This document shows positions 11,655 through 22,166 of a DNA stretch of 64,000 nucleotides, piece after piece (the stretch's first letter is position 1; the number at the start of each line of letters is the position of its first letter). The notes beneath the pieces are model-generated. The model did no database searches. It was not told the origin of the DNA and saw only the letters and a program-made list of their open reading frames with translations. Origin of the DNA: Planctomyces sp. Lineage in GTDB: Bacteria > Planctomycetota > Planctomycetia > Planctomycetales > Planctomycetaceae. The stretch lies in the NCBI GenBank assembly GCA_002702685.1, contig PABD01000210.1, forward strand, positions 1,035 to 65,034, given 5' to 3'. A program made the translations under genes and the position numbers.

Positions 11655-12482
11655 ATGACCAACACGGCTACCGCTCCCTCCGTCTGTACGTTCCCACCAG
11701 GAAACTTCTTCTCTAGCGAAGAAGTGGCCCAGTTCGAACGCGACGGTTACATCATCGTTCGAAATCTGGCGGATCCGGAACTGGTCCAGCAGATGCGTAA
11801 AGTGACGCGCAAGCATCTCGAAGAGGCCATTCTTCCTCTCGAGTTCGAAGCGGACGTCAAATACCCGGGTTCGCCGCTCAGCCGGGATTCGGTGGGCGGA
11901 CACACGATCCGTCGACTGAAGCAGGCCCATGCCCGCGATATCTGTTTCACAGAATGGGTCTCGTCCCCTCAGATGTTGGGGCGTCTTTCCCAACTGCTCG
12001 GTCCCGAACTTGTAATGCCGCTGGCTCACCACAACTGCGTCATGACAAAACAGCCCCAGTTCAGCAGCCGGACCGGGTGGCATCAGGATATTCGCTACTG
12101 GTCCTACCAGCGGCCGCAACTCGTGAATGCATGGCTGGCCCTGGATCATGAAGAAAGCAACAACGGCTGCCTGCGTGTGATCCCGGGCTCCCACCGCCTG
12201 AACCCGGTGGACCATGCCTTCGATGAAGCTCAATTCTTCCTCGATGAGGATCAGCGTAATCGGGATCTGATCGACCGCCATATCGAAGCGGAACTGCAAC
12301 CGGGCGACGTCCTCTTCTTTCACGTGCTCTGTCTGCACGCGGCGAGCGCCAACCTGAGTGAGCAGACAAAACATTCCGTCGTCTTCACGTTCCGTCCAGC
12401 CGACAACAAACCGATTCCGGGAAGCCGTTCTGCGGCACATCCGGAGATTCTGCTTCCCGCGCCACCCGTGCTGGAGCCGTGA
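11655..12482 (+). CDS. Phytanoyl-CoA dioxygenase (PhyH)-family Fe(II)/2OG oxygenase
   Basis: FERDGYIIV, WHQD (HxD), WLALD...NGCLRVIPGSH, GDVLFFH...H. Confidence 0.9.
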   Translation: MTNTATAPSVCTFPPGNFFSSEEVAQFERDGYIIVRNLADPELVQQMRKVTRKHLEEAILPLEFEADVKYPGSPLSRDSVGGHTIRRLKQAHARDICFTEWVSSPQMLGRLSQLLGPELVMPLAHHNCVMTKQPQFSSRTGWHQDIRYWSYQRPQLVNAWLALDHEESNNGCLRVIPGSHRLNPVDHAFDEAQFFLDEDQRNRDLIDRHIEAELQPGDVLFFHVLCLHAASANLSEQTKHSVVFTFRPADNKPIPGSRSAAHPEILLPAPPVLEP

Positions 12483-12511
12483 CGCCGGGGTTTACAGCTC
12501 AGTCAAAAAGA

Positions 12512-12543
12512 AAAGAGCGAACCTGAAATCAGGTTCGCTCTTT
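12512..12543. terminator. Bidirectional intrinsic terminator between convergent genes
   Basis: Perfect inverted repeat aaagagcgaacctga-aa-tcaggttcgctcttt with an upstream A-tract. Confidence 0.8.
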
Positions 12544-12568
12544 GATATTCTGGAGTCAATTTTCCGGA

Positions 12569-15250
12569 CTATTCGGCCGCGGGAACCGTTCGCACGATCA
12601 CGGGGTCATGGAAGTAGGTTTCGATAACCTGTTTGATATCCTCCGACGTCACCGCGTTGATGCGATCGCTGTAGCGGTTGGAGTAGTCGTAGCCAAGACC
12701 GTACAGCTCATCGAGTGCCGCTGTGAAGGCTTGCTCTGTCGCCGTGGTACGGGCCATGGCGTCGTCCGCAATCATCTTTTCTTTGACCTTCGCGAGTGCC
12801 TCCTCATCGATCCCATTCTGCTGCAGGACGACGAGGTTGGCTTCGATGCGGGCGATGACATCATCGACGGACTCGGGTGTCGTCTGGGCCAGGAAGGCGA
12901 AGTACCCCGGCGCGAGGCCGGTGATTTCGAAACCGAAGACATAATAGACCAGCCGCGCTCCTCGCAATTCCGAATACAGCGTACCGCCGAGGCCGCCGGT
13001 CAGATAATTCTGGATCACCTCGAGAGTCGCCCGGGTATCGGTATCGATCGCCGAAACAGTTGGGTAACCCACCATCACGAGCGCGGTACCTGCCCGCCGG
13101 TTGGTAAATGTTTCCGAAACCGCCTCGCTGCGAGTGTGAGTCGTTTCGAATTGAGGACGGCTGAACCCCTTCTTCGGCAGCGCGCCGAACGTGCTCGTCA
13201 CCAGCTGCTCTGCCTTAGCGAGGTCGATATCGCCGTAAACCGTGATGACCATGTTGTCCGGCACGAACAGCGTCGAGTGGAAACTGCGACAATCATTCAC
13301 CGTCAGTTTCGAAACCGTCTCCGTGTTACCCAGAACCGTCCGGCTGTAGGCCTCATCCGCGGGAAGTTGATCGACCCACAGGTCCATGATCTCCGCTCGC
13401 GGGTCCGCTTTGCGGGCGGCAATTTGTGCGAGCTGACGTGTTTGTGCTTTTACGAATTCCTGTTCGAGGAAAAGGGGGGCCGTCGTGACCTGATGGAAAT
13501 AATCGAACGCCTCTTCGAAGTTTTCGGATAACACCGAGGATTGCACAAAGGTCGTATTCCGTTGGGAGTCCACCTTCAGGCTACCGCCGATGGAATCGAA
13601 GTACTCCGCAATTTGATCGGCGGTGTACTTTTCGGTACCGCGATCCATCAGGCTGGCGGCGAGTGCCGCGCGGCCCGCGGTTTCTTCCGTGTCACTCAAC
13701 ACACCGGAGACAGTGAAGGCCTGCATGCTGACAATCGGGTTCACCGCGTGTCGCTTGAGGAGCAGCGTGATGCCGTTCGGGAGTTGCTTGCGGATGACCT
13801 CTGACTCGAGGTTACCGGCCATTTCCTCACTGACGGCTTCCTGCGATCCCATCGGCACGACGCGCACGGTATTCAACCGGCGGGGAATGAAGTACAGGCG
13901 GGCGACAGCCTGGATTTCCTGCGGGGTGACGGTCTGGATGCCTTTAACGTATTGTTCGTCGAACAGCGGATCGCCGGTGGACTGATAGCTCCGGGCGAGT
14001 GACTCGGCCTTGGCCTGAACCGTCTGCTGGCTGAAGACATGCTCCGCCGCCTTCTGCTGTTTGACTTTAGCCAGTTCCGCCGCGGTGACCGGTTCCATTT
14101 TCAGGCGTTCGATCTCTTCCATGATGATTTCGCGGCAACGCTCGACATTCTCAGGTTCGCATTCGACCGACACCTGAAACCAGCCCGGCACATCTCCCGG
14201 TGTATAAGATGCACTGGAAACCGAAATCGCCAGTGGTTCATCGATCTTGAGTCTTTTCGTCAGTCGGGAACTATCGCCGTTGGTCAGTATATAACTCGCA
14301 ACATCCAGCGGATACAGATGGGGATCCTGAAGCATCACCGTCGGCCAGGCGACACTCAGTTCGACTGTTTCCGATTCCATCTCGACCGTTGTTTCCCGGG
14401 GAGAGGCCTGCGGAGGTTCGTCTGCCAGGACCGGCCCCCGGTTATGCGTCCGTTTGAAACCCGAGAACTCGTTTTTGATCTGTTCCATTACTGCGTCAGG
14501 TTTAATGTCACCCGCAACCACGAAGATCATGTTCTGAGGCACGTAGCGGGATTCATAAAAGTTCCGCACGTCTTCGAGTGTCGTGTTCTGTAAAACCTGA
14601 AGGTAACCGACCGTCGGATGACGCATCGGGTGTTCGGTGAAAATCAATTGCTTCATCGCCTGATAGCTGACCCGGTCCCGCTCCGAAAGGCCCATTTCCA
14701 GTTCGCGCTGCACGACACCCAGTTCGCGAAGGAACTCCTCTTCCGGGATGATGCAGTGCTGCATCGCGTCGGCGATCAGTTCGATGGCGAGATCGATGCG
14801 ATTGGATGGCGAGTCAATATAGTAAGCCGTGATGTTGTTGGAGGTATAAGCATTCGTCTGTCCCCCGAGGGAATCGACCAGATCCTGGAATTCATCTTCC
14901 GAGCGTTTGGTCGTGGTGCCTCCAGAAACCAGGTGTTCCACGAGGTGGCTGATTCCGGCACCCAGGTATTCGCCTTCGTAAGCGCTTCCGGTATTGGTCA
15001 CGTAACAACGCACGGTAGCGAGTGGCGAGGCATGGTTTTCCTGCACGATCACGGTCATCCCGTTGGAGAGCTTGGCGATCGTGGCGCCCTGACCGAGAGG
15101 TTGGCGGGATTCATATTCCACCGCCGCCTGGGCACGATGCTCGGGTTCGGCCGCAATGGTGGAGGGCAGAATTCGATACGAACCGGAAAAAGCCGTCATG
15201 GCAAGCATACATCCTGTAATGGCAATTGGGCGAAGTATTGAGTGCTTCAT
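12569..15250 (-). CDS. M16 (pitrilysin/insulinase) zinc peptidase, two-half fusion, exported
   Basis: Signal peptide, LSNGMTVIV, inverted zinc motif HLVEH, NAYT; second half (LPNGITLLL) lacks HxxEH. Confidence 0.92.
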   Translation of the reverse strand: MKHSILRPIAITGCMLAMTAFSGSYRILPSTIAAEPEHRAQAAVEYESRQPLGQGATIAKLSNGMTVIVQENHASPLATVRCYVTNTGSAYEGEYLGAGISHLVEHLVSGGTTTKRSEDEFQDLVDSLGGQTNAYTSNNITAYYIDSPSNRIDLAIELIADAMQHCIIPEEEFLRELGVVQRELEMGLSERDRVSYQAMKQLIFTEHPMRHPTVGYLQVLQNTTLEDVRNFYESRYVPQNMIFVVAGDIKPDAVMEQIKNEFSGFKRTHNRGPVLADEPPQASPRETTVEMESETVELSVAWPTVMLQDPHLYPLDVASYILTNGDSSRLTKRLKIDEPLAISVSSASYTPGDVPGWFQVSVECEPENVERCREIIMEEIERLKMEPVTAAELAKVKQQKAAEHVFSQQTVQAKAESLARSYQSTGDPLFDEQYVKGIQTVTPQEIQAVARLYFIPRRLNTVRVVPMGSQEAVSEEMAGNLESEVIRKQLPNGITLLLKRHAVNPIVSMQAFTVSGVLSDTEETAGRAALAASLMDRGTEKYTADQIAEYFDSIGGSLKVDSQRNTTFVQSSVLSENFEEAFDYFHQVTTAPLFLEQEFVKAQTRQLAQIAARKADPRAEIMDLWVDQLPADEAYSRTVLGNTETVSKLTVNDCRSFHSTLFVPDNMVITVYGDIDLAKAEQLVTSTFGALPKKGFSRPQFETTHTRSEAVSETFTNRRAGTALVMVGYPTVSAIDTDTRATLEVIQNYLTGGLGGTLYSELRGARLVYYVFGFEITGLAPGYFAFLAQTTPESVDDVIARIEANLVVLQQNGIDEEALAKVKEKMIADDAMARTTATEQAFTAALDELYGLGYDYSNRYSDRINAVTSEDIKQVIETYFHDPVIVRTVPAAE

Positions 15251-15611
15251 AATGTCGCGATTCTCCTCTCATGCGATGGTTCGGTAGTTGATGTCTCGCG
15301 TCCGCCCCGACCGTCAGAATTCCTGTTCGCCTGTCGGACACTGTTTTCCCATGCGACAAACACGGGGCGGAAGGCAGCCCTACTCTGTCCTGATCTTCGC
15401 GATCTGACAGGTATTCGTCAATCTTCCTTGCCGGAATGCTTCCATTGTGGGACTTGCTCCGAAATGGCCTCAAAGCGCTTTCATACCGAAACGATCAGTG
15501 GAGGCCCCGATCCGAAACAGGTATCATGGGGTATCCCCTTTGTTTCGTTTAACAATTTCTGCGAGACAAGCTCGGCAGGATTGCTCCTATCAACTGAGGA
15601 ATCGCATCGTC

Positions 15612-16571
15612 ATGAAGACCGTTACCATTGAAGATCGCTCGACCGGATCCGTGGCCAGTATCAGCGTCGCCTACGGTTTCAACTGCTACAGATTCATCGG
15701 CGTGGTGGAAGGGAAACGGGTCGATGTGATCGATGCCGCCCCCGATTTTCCCGAGACCGGCGAGCGCCCCAGCGGCAATGGCATTCCCATCCTGTTCCCC
15801 TATCCCAACCGGATCAGCAACGGGAAGTATTCATGGGATGGCAAGGATTACCATCTCCCGCCGGAGCTCGTGTCTTACAACAAGGACAATGCCATTCACG
15901 GATTCTGCCTCGACCGTCCGTGGCGGTTGATCGATTCCGGAACGGACTATGCCGTCGGTCAGTTCCAATTGAGCGTCGATGCCCCCGAAAGACTCGAACT
16001 GTGGCCGGCCGACTTCATCATTGAAGTTCGCTATTCTATTGGCGAAGCCGTCCTCCTGATGGAAACGATGGTTTACAATTGCGATGAGAAACCTCTGCCG
16101 TGGGGCTTCGGCACGCATCCGTATTTCAAGCTGCCACTCGGTGCGGATTCCAGTCCTGAAAACTGTCTGGTCATTCTGGATGCCGCCCGCCAATGGGAGC
16201 TCAACGACTGCCTTCCCACCGGTCAGCAGTATGACGTTCCGCCCGATAAGGATTTGCGCGACGGCGTCTACTTCCCAGAGTTGAAACTGGACGATGTGTA
16301 TACCGCCCTCGCCGACAGTGATCAGCGAGAATGCGGCATCATGGATGAGAAAGCGGGCTTACAGGTCGTACAGCGATACGGGTCGATGTTCCGCGAAGTC
16401 GTGATGTTCACGCCGCCGGGGCGAGATGCGATTTGCCTGGAACCTTACACCTGTGTCACCGACGCCATCAATCTGCAGCAGCAGGGCATCGACGCCGGTT
16501 TACAGGTGCTCGCCCCGAATCAGGAATACCGGTTCCGGATCGGCATCGGCGTGGACGAAATCATCGTCTGA
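15612..16571 (+). CDS. Aldose 1-epimerase family protein
   Basis: ILFPYPNRI, NAIHG, GFGTHPYF, LDDVY, ICLEPYT motifs; start at MKTVTIED after a GAGG SD. Confidence 0.9.
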   Translation: MKTVTIEDRSTGSVASISVAYGFNCYRFIGVVEGKRVDVIDAAPDFPETGERPSGNGIPILFPYPNRISNGKYSWDGKDYHLPPELVSYNKDNAIHGFCLDRPWRLIDSGTDYAVGQFQLSVDAPERLELWPADFIIEVRYSIGEAVLLMETMVYNCDEKPLPWGFGTHPYFKLPLGADSSPENCLVILDAARQWELNDCLPTGQQYDVPPDKDLRDGVYFPELKLDDVYTALADSDQRECGIMDEKAGLQVVQRYGSMFREVVMFTPPGRDAICLEPYTCVTDAINLQQQGIDAGLQVLAPNQEYRFRIGIGVDEIIV

Positions 16572-16970
16572 GGGATGCCGCCGCAGGCAGTCCGGTCCAG
16601 ATCGGAATCTTTCTTTCTGTAAGTTTATACAACGCATTTGTTTACGGCGTGAATAGTCTTCTGGTCGCCTTCCTTCCACGGACAGCTTTTTTCGCATTTG
16701 GGATACCCTGCCGCAATAGCGTGCCGTATAGTTGAAGGAAACAGGACTTCGGGAAGATTTACGCACTGTCTCAAATTGTCTTCCCGTCCTGAATTTCGAC
16801 TTACACCCACACCAGCCTCCCGCCGCGCCGGACGACACACGGAGTTGCCGTCATTTTTCCCGTCCTCAGTTTGATCCTCCCGGTTCATTGAGATCTTCGC
16901 GGAAGAGACGCGCGGAATGACGCTGGTGTTGATTTCTGGTTTACCAGATCGATACCGAGAAAGTTTGCAC

Positions 16971-19751
16971 ATGATTCGCAACGGTCGAACGCTCCTGTGG
17001 GGAGTGATCTTTTTGTTCGTTCCCGGAATTCTGTGGGCACAGGAAGCGGAACAGGCTCCATCGGAAGCGGAACTGTCCCAGATGCTGCGGAAGGTCATCG
17101 GCCGTCTCGATAAGGTCGAACAGGAACTGCGCGAACTGCGACTCGAAAACGCCAAATCCGGTCCCGCAGCGGGCAACATTCCGGATGACCCCGAAAAGCG
17201 GCAGTTGTATCTGCAGATGCAGACCCCCTACTACGGGCCGGTTCCGGGCAGCAACGAGTACAAATACCTGGCGATCAATCTTTCCTGTCTGAACCTCACC
17301 GACGAGCCGTTTGAACTCAATAAAGAATCGCTGTCACTGTTCCTCGACGGTACCGAATACAAACACGTTCAGGGGCAGGATGAGATCCGCAACCAGGCGT
17401 TTCAATCCGAGGGACAAAGCTTCCAACTGAAGAATCTCCCGATTCTCGACAAAGTCACCATTCCGTCCGGCGCCATCCAGTCGACTTGGGTATTGTTCGA
17501 CAAGTTGCCCTACAGCCAGAGCATGCCCGAGATGAGGATCGTGATCAATTCGGAGTCGAAGCCCCCGTTCGAATTCTCACTCAATGACGCTGCCGAAGGC
17601 CGCATCGACCTGGAACTGGATCAGATCGGTCCGCGGGACAGCCTGGGTCTGGTCACGGTGAACGGGATCGTCGATAACCTCACCATCGGCGTGCTCGTCC
17701 AGAAAATCACGGCCCTCACGAATAACAAGGTATCGCGGTTTGTTCTGCGATTCAGCGAAACCGCGTCCATCTCCGATATGGGGCTGCACAACTGGCTGAT
17801 CACTCAGGCGAATTCGTCGGGAAGCAATATCGTCGGGCAGCTGCAGCACTATCCCCCCTTCCCCGCCAGCATCCGTGAATTGCATCTCGCCGAACTACCC
17901 GATGCCCAGAATCGCGGAAATCGTTATCGTTCCAACATCCGAGGAGAACGCATCCATGGTTCTACCGAGGAGGCCGTGGAAGAAGCACTGAAGTCGGTTT
18001 ACGAGAATCTTCCGCGCAATGAGCTGGTGGAAGACATCAAGTCAGGCCACCTGTTGACGCGGGTCGTCGCGGTCAAGCATGGGGGCGCCCGTCTGATGGA
18101 CGATCAATTGCCGCTGATCGTCGAAATGACCGAAGCGGACGATCCCGAAATGCAGAAGGCCGCGCTATACGCGCTGCGGCACTTCAATAATCAAGATGCC
18201 TTCGACAAACTCGAAGAGTATGTCCGCAAAAATATTGAGGGGCTTTCTTCGATCGCGATCGACAGTCTGGCCGCCTCCCGGTTTGGCGAAGCACATCAAC
18301 GCCTGCTGAAGATCCTCAACAATGAACCGCCATCGTCGAAGACGGAATTCGTGAAGATTCTCGCGGAAAATCCCCGGCCGATCTGGTCGGAGACCATCTA
18401 CGAATTCCTGAACGACGAAAGCAGCAACGAGTACCGGGCCGAGGCGCTCCAGGCCTTGAATCGCATCGGTCATCCGAAGTTGCTTGAGGTGTTGAAGGAG
18501 TCGCTCCAGAATCGGGACGACGAAATCCGTCAGATCGCCTTCGCAATTCTGGCCAGCCGCAATGAACCGGAGAGCGAGCAACTGGCACTGGAATACACGC
18601 TCCAGTACATCGCGGAAGCGCCTCCCACGGAACAGATGCGGGAACTGATCATGCAGACGAAAAGTCAGGAAGCCATTCCGCTGCTGATACCGCACCTGGA
18701 AAAATCAAATGCTGACCGACGAAACATCCTTCTGACGCTTTCGCAGATCGGCGATCAGAATGTCGCCTCGAAGATGATCGAAATCTATCCCAAATTGAAT
18801 CCTTCCGAACAGGCGACCGTACTGGGATGTCTGTGGGAACTCAAATCTCCCGCCGCCTTTGATCTGTCGAAGCAGGCCCTTAACGCCAGCGATCACAATC
18901 TGCTGAGGTCAGCCGTCGACAACCTCGCGAAAGAAGGGAGCGAAGAAGCTGTTGATCTTCTCGTGGACACCTTTAAAACGACGACCAACCGAAGTGCTTC
19001 GAACGCCTTGATGGCCGCCCTGGGGGACCTGGCCACCCCCGACGCCCGGGATGCCCTCCGCGAAGCGAGTATTCAGGAGGGAACCGGAGATAAAGCGACG
19101 CGTTCTTATCAGTATCTGATGAACATCTGGCGGGAGTCTCCGGCCTATCAGTATATCAGTCTCGCGAACTCAAAGATCACATCCGAAGACGGCGATGATT
19201 CCAAGATCAAACCGGAAGATTACGAGAACGCGATGCCGGACTTCACGAAGGCAACCGAGGTTGATCCTCAACTTCCCATGGCCTGGTCCAGCCGCGGCAA
19301 CGCGTTTCTGAAACTGGAAAAATACACCGAAGCGAAACAGGATTTCGCCAAGGCCATGGAGATCGACCCCCGAGATCAGATGGCGATCACCGGAACCGCC
19401 CTCGTCCTCGTCCGGGAAGATGAAGCGGAAGCCGCCTTCGAGTTGATCGACAACAAGGAGCGTTTCTTCGAAGAGAATCGTGGCGCGAGCACCGGTTACT
19501 TCGCCTATAACACCGCCTGCGTCTACGGAGTCGCACTCGAAATGCTCCGGAAGAAAGCCGGCACCGAAGAGGCGCCGGAGAATCTCGAACAACTGGAAAA
19601 AAAGTATGAGGACAAGGCGATCAATGCCCTCAAACGGTCCGTCCGCAATCAGTTCGACCAACTGGACTGGATGCGGAAAGACCCCGACCTCAACTCGCTC
19701 CACGACAACGAAGAATTCCGCAAAATTTCCGAGTGGCCCGCCGAGGGTTGA
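16971..19751 (+). CDS. Exported HEAT-repeat plus TPR protein
   Basis: Signal peptide ending LWA-QE, coiled coil, HEAT repeats (AALYALRHF, ALQALNRIG, LLTLSQIG), TPRs (AWSSRGNAFLKLEKYTEA), C-terminal YNTACVYG...DPDLNSL. Confidence 0.85.
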   Translation: MIRNGRTLLWGVIFLFVPGILWAQEAEQAPSEAELSQMLRKVIGRLDKVEQELRELRLENAKSGPAAGNIPDDPEKRQLYLQMQTPYYGPVPGSNEYKYLAINLSCLNLTDEPFELNKESLSLFLDGTEYKHVQGQDEIRNQAFQSEGQSFQLKNLPILDKVTIPSGAIQSTWVLFDKLPYSQSMPEMRIVINSESKPPFEFSLNDAAEGRIDLELDQIGPRDSLGLVTVNGIVDNLTIGVLVQKITALTNNKVSRFVLRFSETASISDMGLHNWLITQANSSGSNIVGQLQHYPPFPASIRELHLAELPDAQNRGNRYRSNIRGERIHGSTEEAVEEALKSVYENLPRNELVEDIKSGHLLTRVVAVKHGGARLMDDQLPLIVEMTEADDPEMQKAALYALRHFNNQDAFDKLEEYVRKNIEGLSSIAIDSLAASRFGEAHQRLLKILNNEPPSSKTEFVKILAENPRPIWSETIYEFLNDESSNEYRAEALQALNRIGHPKLLEVLKESLQNRDDEIRQIAFAILASRNEPESEQLALEYTLQYIAEAPPTEQMRELIMQTKSQEAIPLLIPHLEKSNADRRNILLTLSQIGDQNVASKMIEIYPKLNPSEQATVLGCLWELKSPAAFDLSKQALNASDHNLLRSAVDNLAKEGSEEAVDLLVDTFKTTTNRSASNALMAALGDLATPDARDALREASIQEGTGDKATRSYQYLMNIWRESPAYQYISLANSKITSEDGDDSKIKPEDYENAMPDFTKATEVDPQLPMAWSSRGNAFLKLEKYTEAKQDFAKAMEIDPRDQMAITGTALVLVREDEAEAAFELIDNKERFFEENRGASTGYFAYNTACVYGVALEMLRKKAGTEEAPENLEQLEKKYEDKAINALKRSVRNQFDQLDWMRKDPDLNSLHDNEEFRKISEWPAEG

Positions 19752-19892
19752 AATTCATCCGGGTGAGGTCTACAACCAATCGCGGTCGCGCCGCATTTTC
19801 ACCGCCGGGGAGCCACTTCCCGCTTGAAAAACGACGCGACTCGCAGTCTGTGTTCTTTCGGAATTGTCCCCTCACTAGTCTGGAATTCGTCG

Positions 19893-20462
19893 GTGGTCTA
19901 TCTCAATCGTATCTACACCAAAAGCGGAGACCAGGGAGAGACCTCCCTCGGAACAGGCAAACGCGTTCCCAAAACGGCGCCGCGGATCATCGCGTATGGG
20001 GAAGTGGACGAACTCAACTCGCTCCTGGGGGTTGTTCTGACGAATGAGCTTCCGGAAGAAATCCGGGGGACATTGTCGATCGTACAGAATGATCTCTTTG
20101 ACGTCGGAGCGGATCTCTGTATTCCGGAAACGGACGAACCCCTCAGCTACGAACCGCTGCGGGTGACCGCCGGTCAAGCCGAACGTCTCGAAGCGGCGAT
20201 CGACAAAGCGAACGAACGTCTCGAACCGCTCGAAAGCTTCATTCTCCCCGGAGGTTCCCCCGCCGCCGCCTACCTGCACCTCGCCCGCGCTGTCTGCCGC
20301 CGCGTCGAAATCGCCGTGCTCGAGCTTCACGAACGGGAACCGATCAACCCGCAGGTCATCATCTACCTGAACCGCCTCTCCGACCTGCTCTTCGTCTACG
20401 GCCGCCTCGCAAACAACGACGGCAAAGATGACGTGCTATGGGTGCCGGGGAAGAACCGGTAA
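19893..20462 (+). CDS. pduO: ATP:cob(I)alamin adenosyltransferase, PduO/MMAB type
   Basis: IYTKSGDQGET, YGEVDELNS, QNDLFDVGADL, FILPGG, RAVCRRVE, YLNRLSDLLF; GTG start inferred. Confidence 0.93.
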   Translation: MVYLNRIYTKSGDQGETSLGTGKRVPKTAPRIIAYGEVDELNSLLGVVLTNELPEEIRGTLSIVQNDLFDVGADLCIPETDEPLSYEPLRVTAGQAERLEAAIDKANERLEPLESFILPGGSPAAAYLHLARAVCRRVEIAVLELHEREPINPQVIIYLNRLSDLLFVYGRLANNDGKDDVLWVPGKNR

Positions 20463-20471
20463 GGCGGTAGA

Positions 20472-22121
20472 TTACCACGCCGTCAGCCGCTGGCGCGACA
20501 TCTGCCAGCCGAGGAGAACGACGGAAGGGATCGCCAGCACTGCGGTCAGCAGCCAGAATGCCATCGCGATGGAGACGCTCGGGTCCATCAGCAACTGGTC
20601 AGCAGCGAATGGTTCCCGGAATCCGCTGCCGAATGAGGTGATCAGGGAATGCACGATGCCGGAATAACAGGCCATTCCGACAATCGAATGGACCGGGTTT
20701 CCTAACGCCCACAGCAATGCCGCTGCGAGGGCATAGTGAGCGAAGAGGTAGCAGGTGCCGCGGAGGAATACCGTGAAAGGAAGGTAGGAGAACTCCACGC
20801 TCGATAGCTTCACCGCCGGCAGGAGGACGAGTGCCGGACCAAGCAGGCAGAGGAGGCCGAAGGCGAAGGTGACGAAAAATCGGGTCGTGATGAAGCGACT
20901 CGGCGACACGGGGAGCGATCGCCAGAACGATTGGATCTCCCTTGATCGATCGTTCAACAGAGAGGTCGTTCCGAGGTAGGTCATCGCAGGAAGCCCGACA
21001 CACAGCACGAGCATCATCAACAATTCTTCCATTTCATCCGCGATGTCGTGCAGGTCCTCGATATAGTGATTCACGCCGACTGCAATCAATGCGATTGCGG
21101 GTCCGATTAAAAAGCCAGAGCACGCCATCAGACAATACAGCCATTTGTGCGATCGCCATTGTTGTCGAACGAGTTGGGAGAAGAATGAGGAGGGTTCCCC
21201 CGACAAAAGATATGGGCGTCGATTCCGTTTGACCTCTTGGCGTTTTTCCCACCAATTGTGGACTCGGACAATCGTTCTGGCGAGAACATCCTGTTTGATT
21301 TCTCCGGGTTCTTTTCCGTATTGGTTGAGAATACGACGGGCGAGGAGGATGGGAATTCCGAATTGGAAGAGCGCTGACGACATAAGTAGTACTACTGTCG
21401 CGAATTGTGGCCACTTGTGAAAATCATCTGCAAACTCCAGCAACATCACTGGGAGTAGTGGATTAAATGCGTTAAGCCCCAGGAACCAGAGTTGTGATGC
21501 TGCGATGGATAGCGAGGAATGCGCGCGGACGAATCGCATGATCTCCCAGCTTGAAAATAAGTATATAAGACATAGGCATAGAATACCGACTGCAATCGAT
21601 CCTGCGCGGATGAAAGATGTTTGGCGAATCGCCAGCGTCGCCGTCCATAAATAAAAGTGAACCCCGACCAAACAACATGTAATCGCCGATATTAGAACTA
21701 TAGTGCTGAAGTGACGTGCAAAGGGTAGATGCCGTGTGAAGTATGTGTAAAAGAACTCAGGCAATTCTCCATTTACGTCGAGAAACAAAAGCGCGATCAG
21801 ATAGATGGCGTACGTGATCAAAAAAGGAACCACCGTCACGAGGCCACCCATCGAAAACTTGATGAGCGTTTTGGTCCGCCTGGAAATAGGTAGTGTTTCG
21901 TAGAACGAAAATGAGCTCGTCGTATGCTCACTGGAAATCACGTTCGTTGCGACTACGCCCGCGATGAACGCGATTCCGAACATTAGGGGGACGGTAGCGA
22001 ACCAGTCATCGAAGGGAGCGTCAATAACAAGAAAACCCAGGAGCAGAATCAGCGTCACCCAGAAATACTTCCGTTGCTGACGCCATTCTTTGCGGATCAG
22101 GGCTTTGAGTTGGGGGGACAT
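20472..22121 (-). CDS. ABC-2 type transporter permease, paralog A
   Basis: LIRKEWRQ N-terminus, FYETLPISR and FWRSLPVSP motifs, many TM helices; in operon with an ABC ATPase. Confidence 0.8.
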   Translation of the reverse strand: MSPQLKALIRKEWRQQRKYFWVTLILLLGFLVIDAPFDDWFATVPLMFGIAFIAGVVATNVISSEHTTSSFSFYETLPISRRTKTLIKFSMGGLVTVVPFLITYAIYLIALLFLDVNGELPEFFYTYFTRHLPFARHFSTIVLISAITCCLVGVHFYLWTATLAIRQTSFIRAGSIAVGILCLCLIYLFSSWEIMRFVRAHSSLSIAASQLWFLGLNAFNPLLPVMLLEFADDFHKWPQFATVVLLMSSALFQFGIPILLARRILNQYGKEPGEIKQDVLARTIVRVHNWWEKRQEVKRNRRPYLLSGEPSSFFSQLVRQQWRSHKWLYCLMACSGFLIGPAIALIAVGVNHYIEDLHDIADEMEELLMMLVLCVGLPAMTYLGTTSLLNDRSREIQSFWRSLPVSPSRFITTRFFVTFAFGLLCLLGPALVLLPAVKLSSVEFSYLPFTVFLRGTCYLFAHYALAAALLWALGNPVHSIVGMACYSGIVHSLITSFGSGFREPFAADQLLMDPSVSIAMAFWLLTAVLAIPSVVLLGWQMSRQRLTAW

Positions 22122-22166
22122 GGAAAGGTCCTCAGTAGAGTTCTAGAGTAGCGGGGCTCGGATGGA

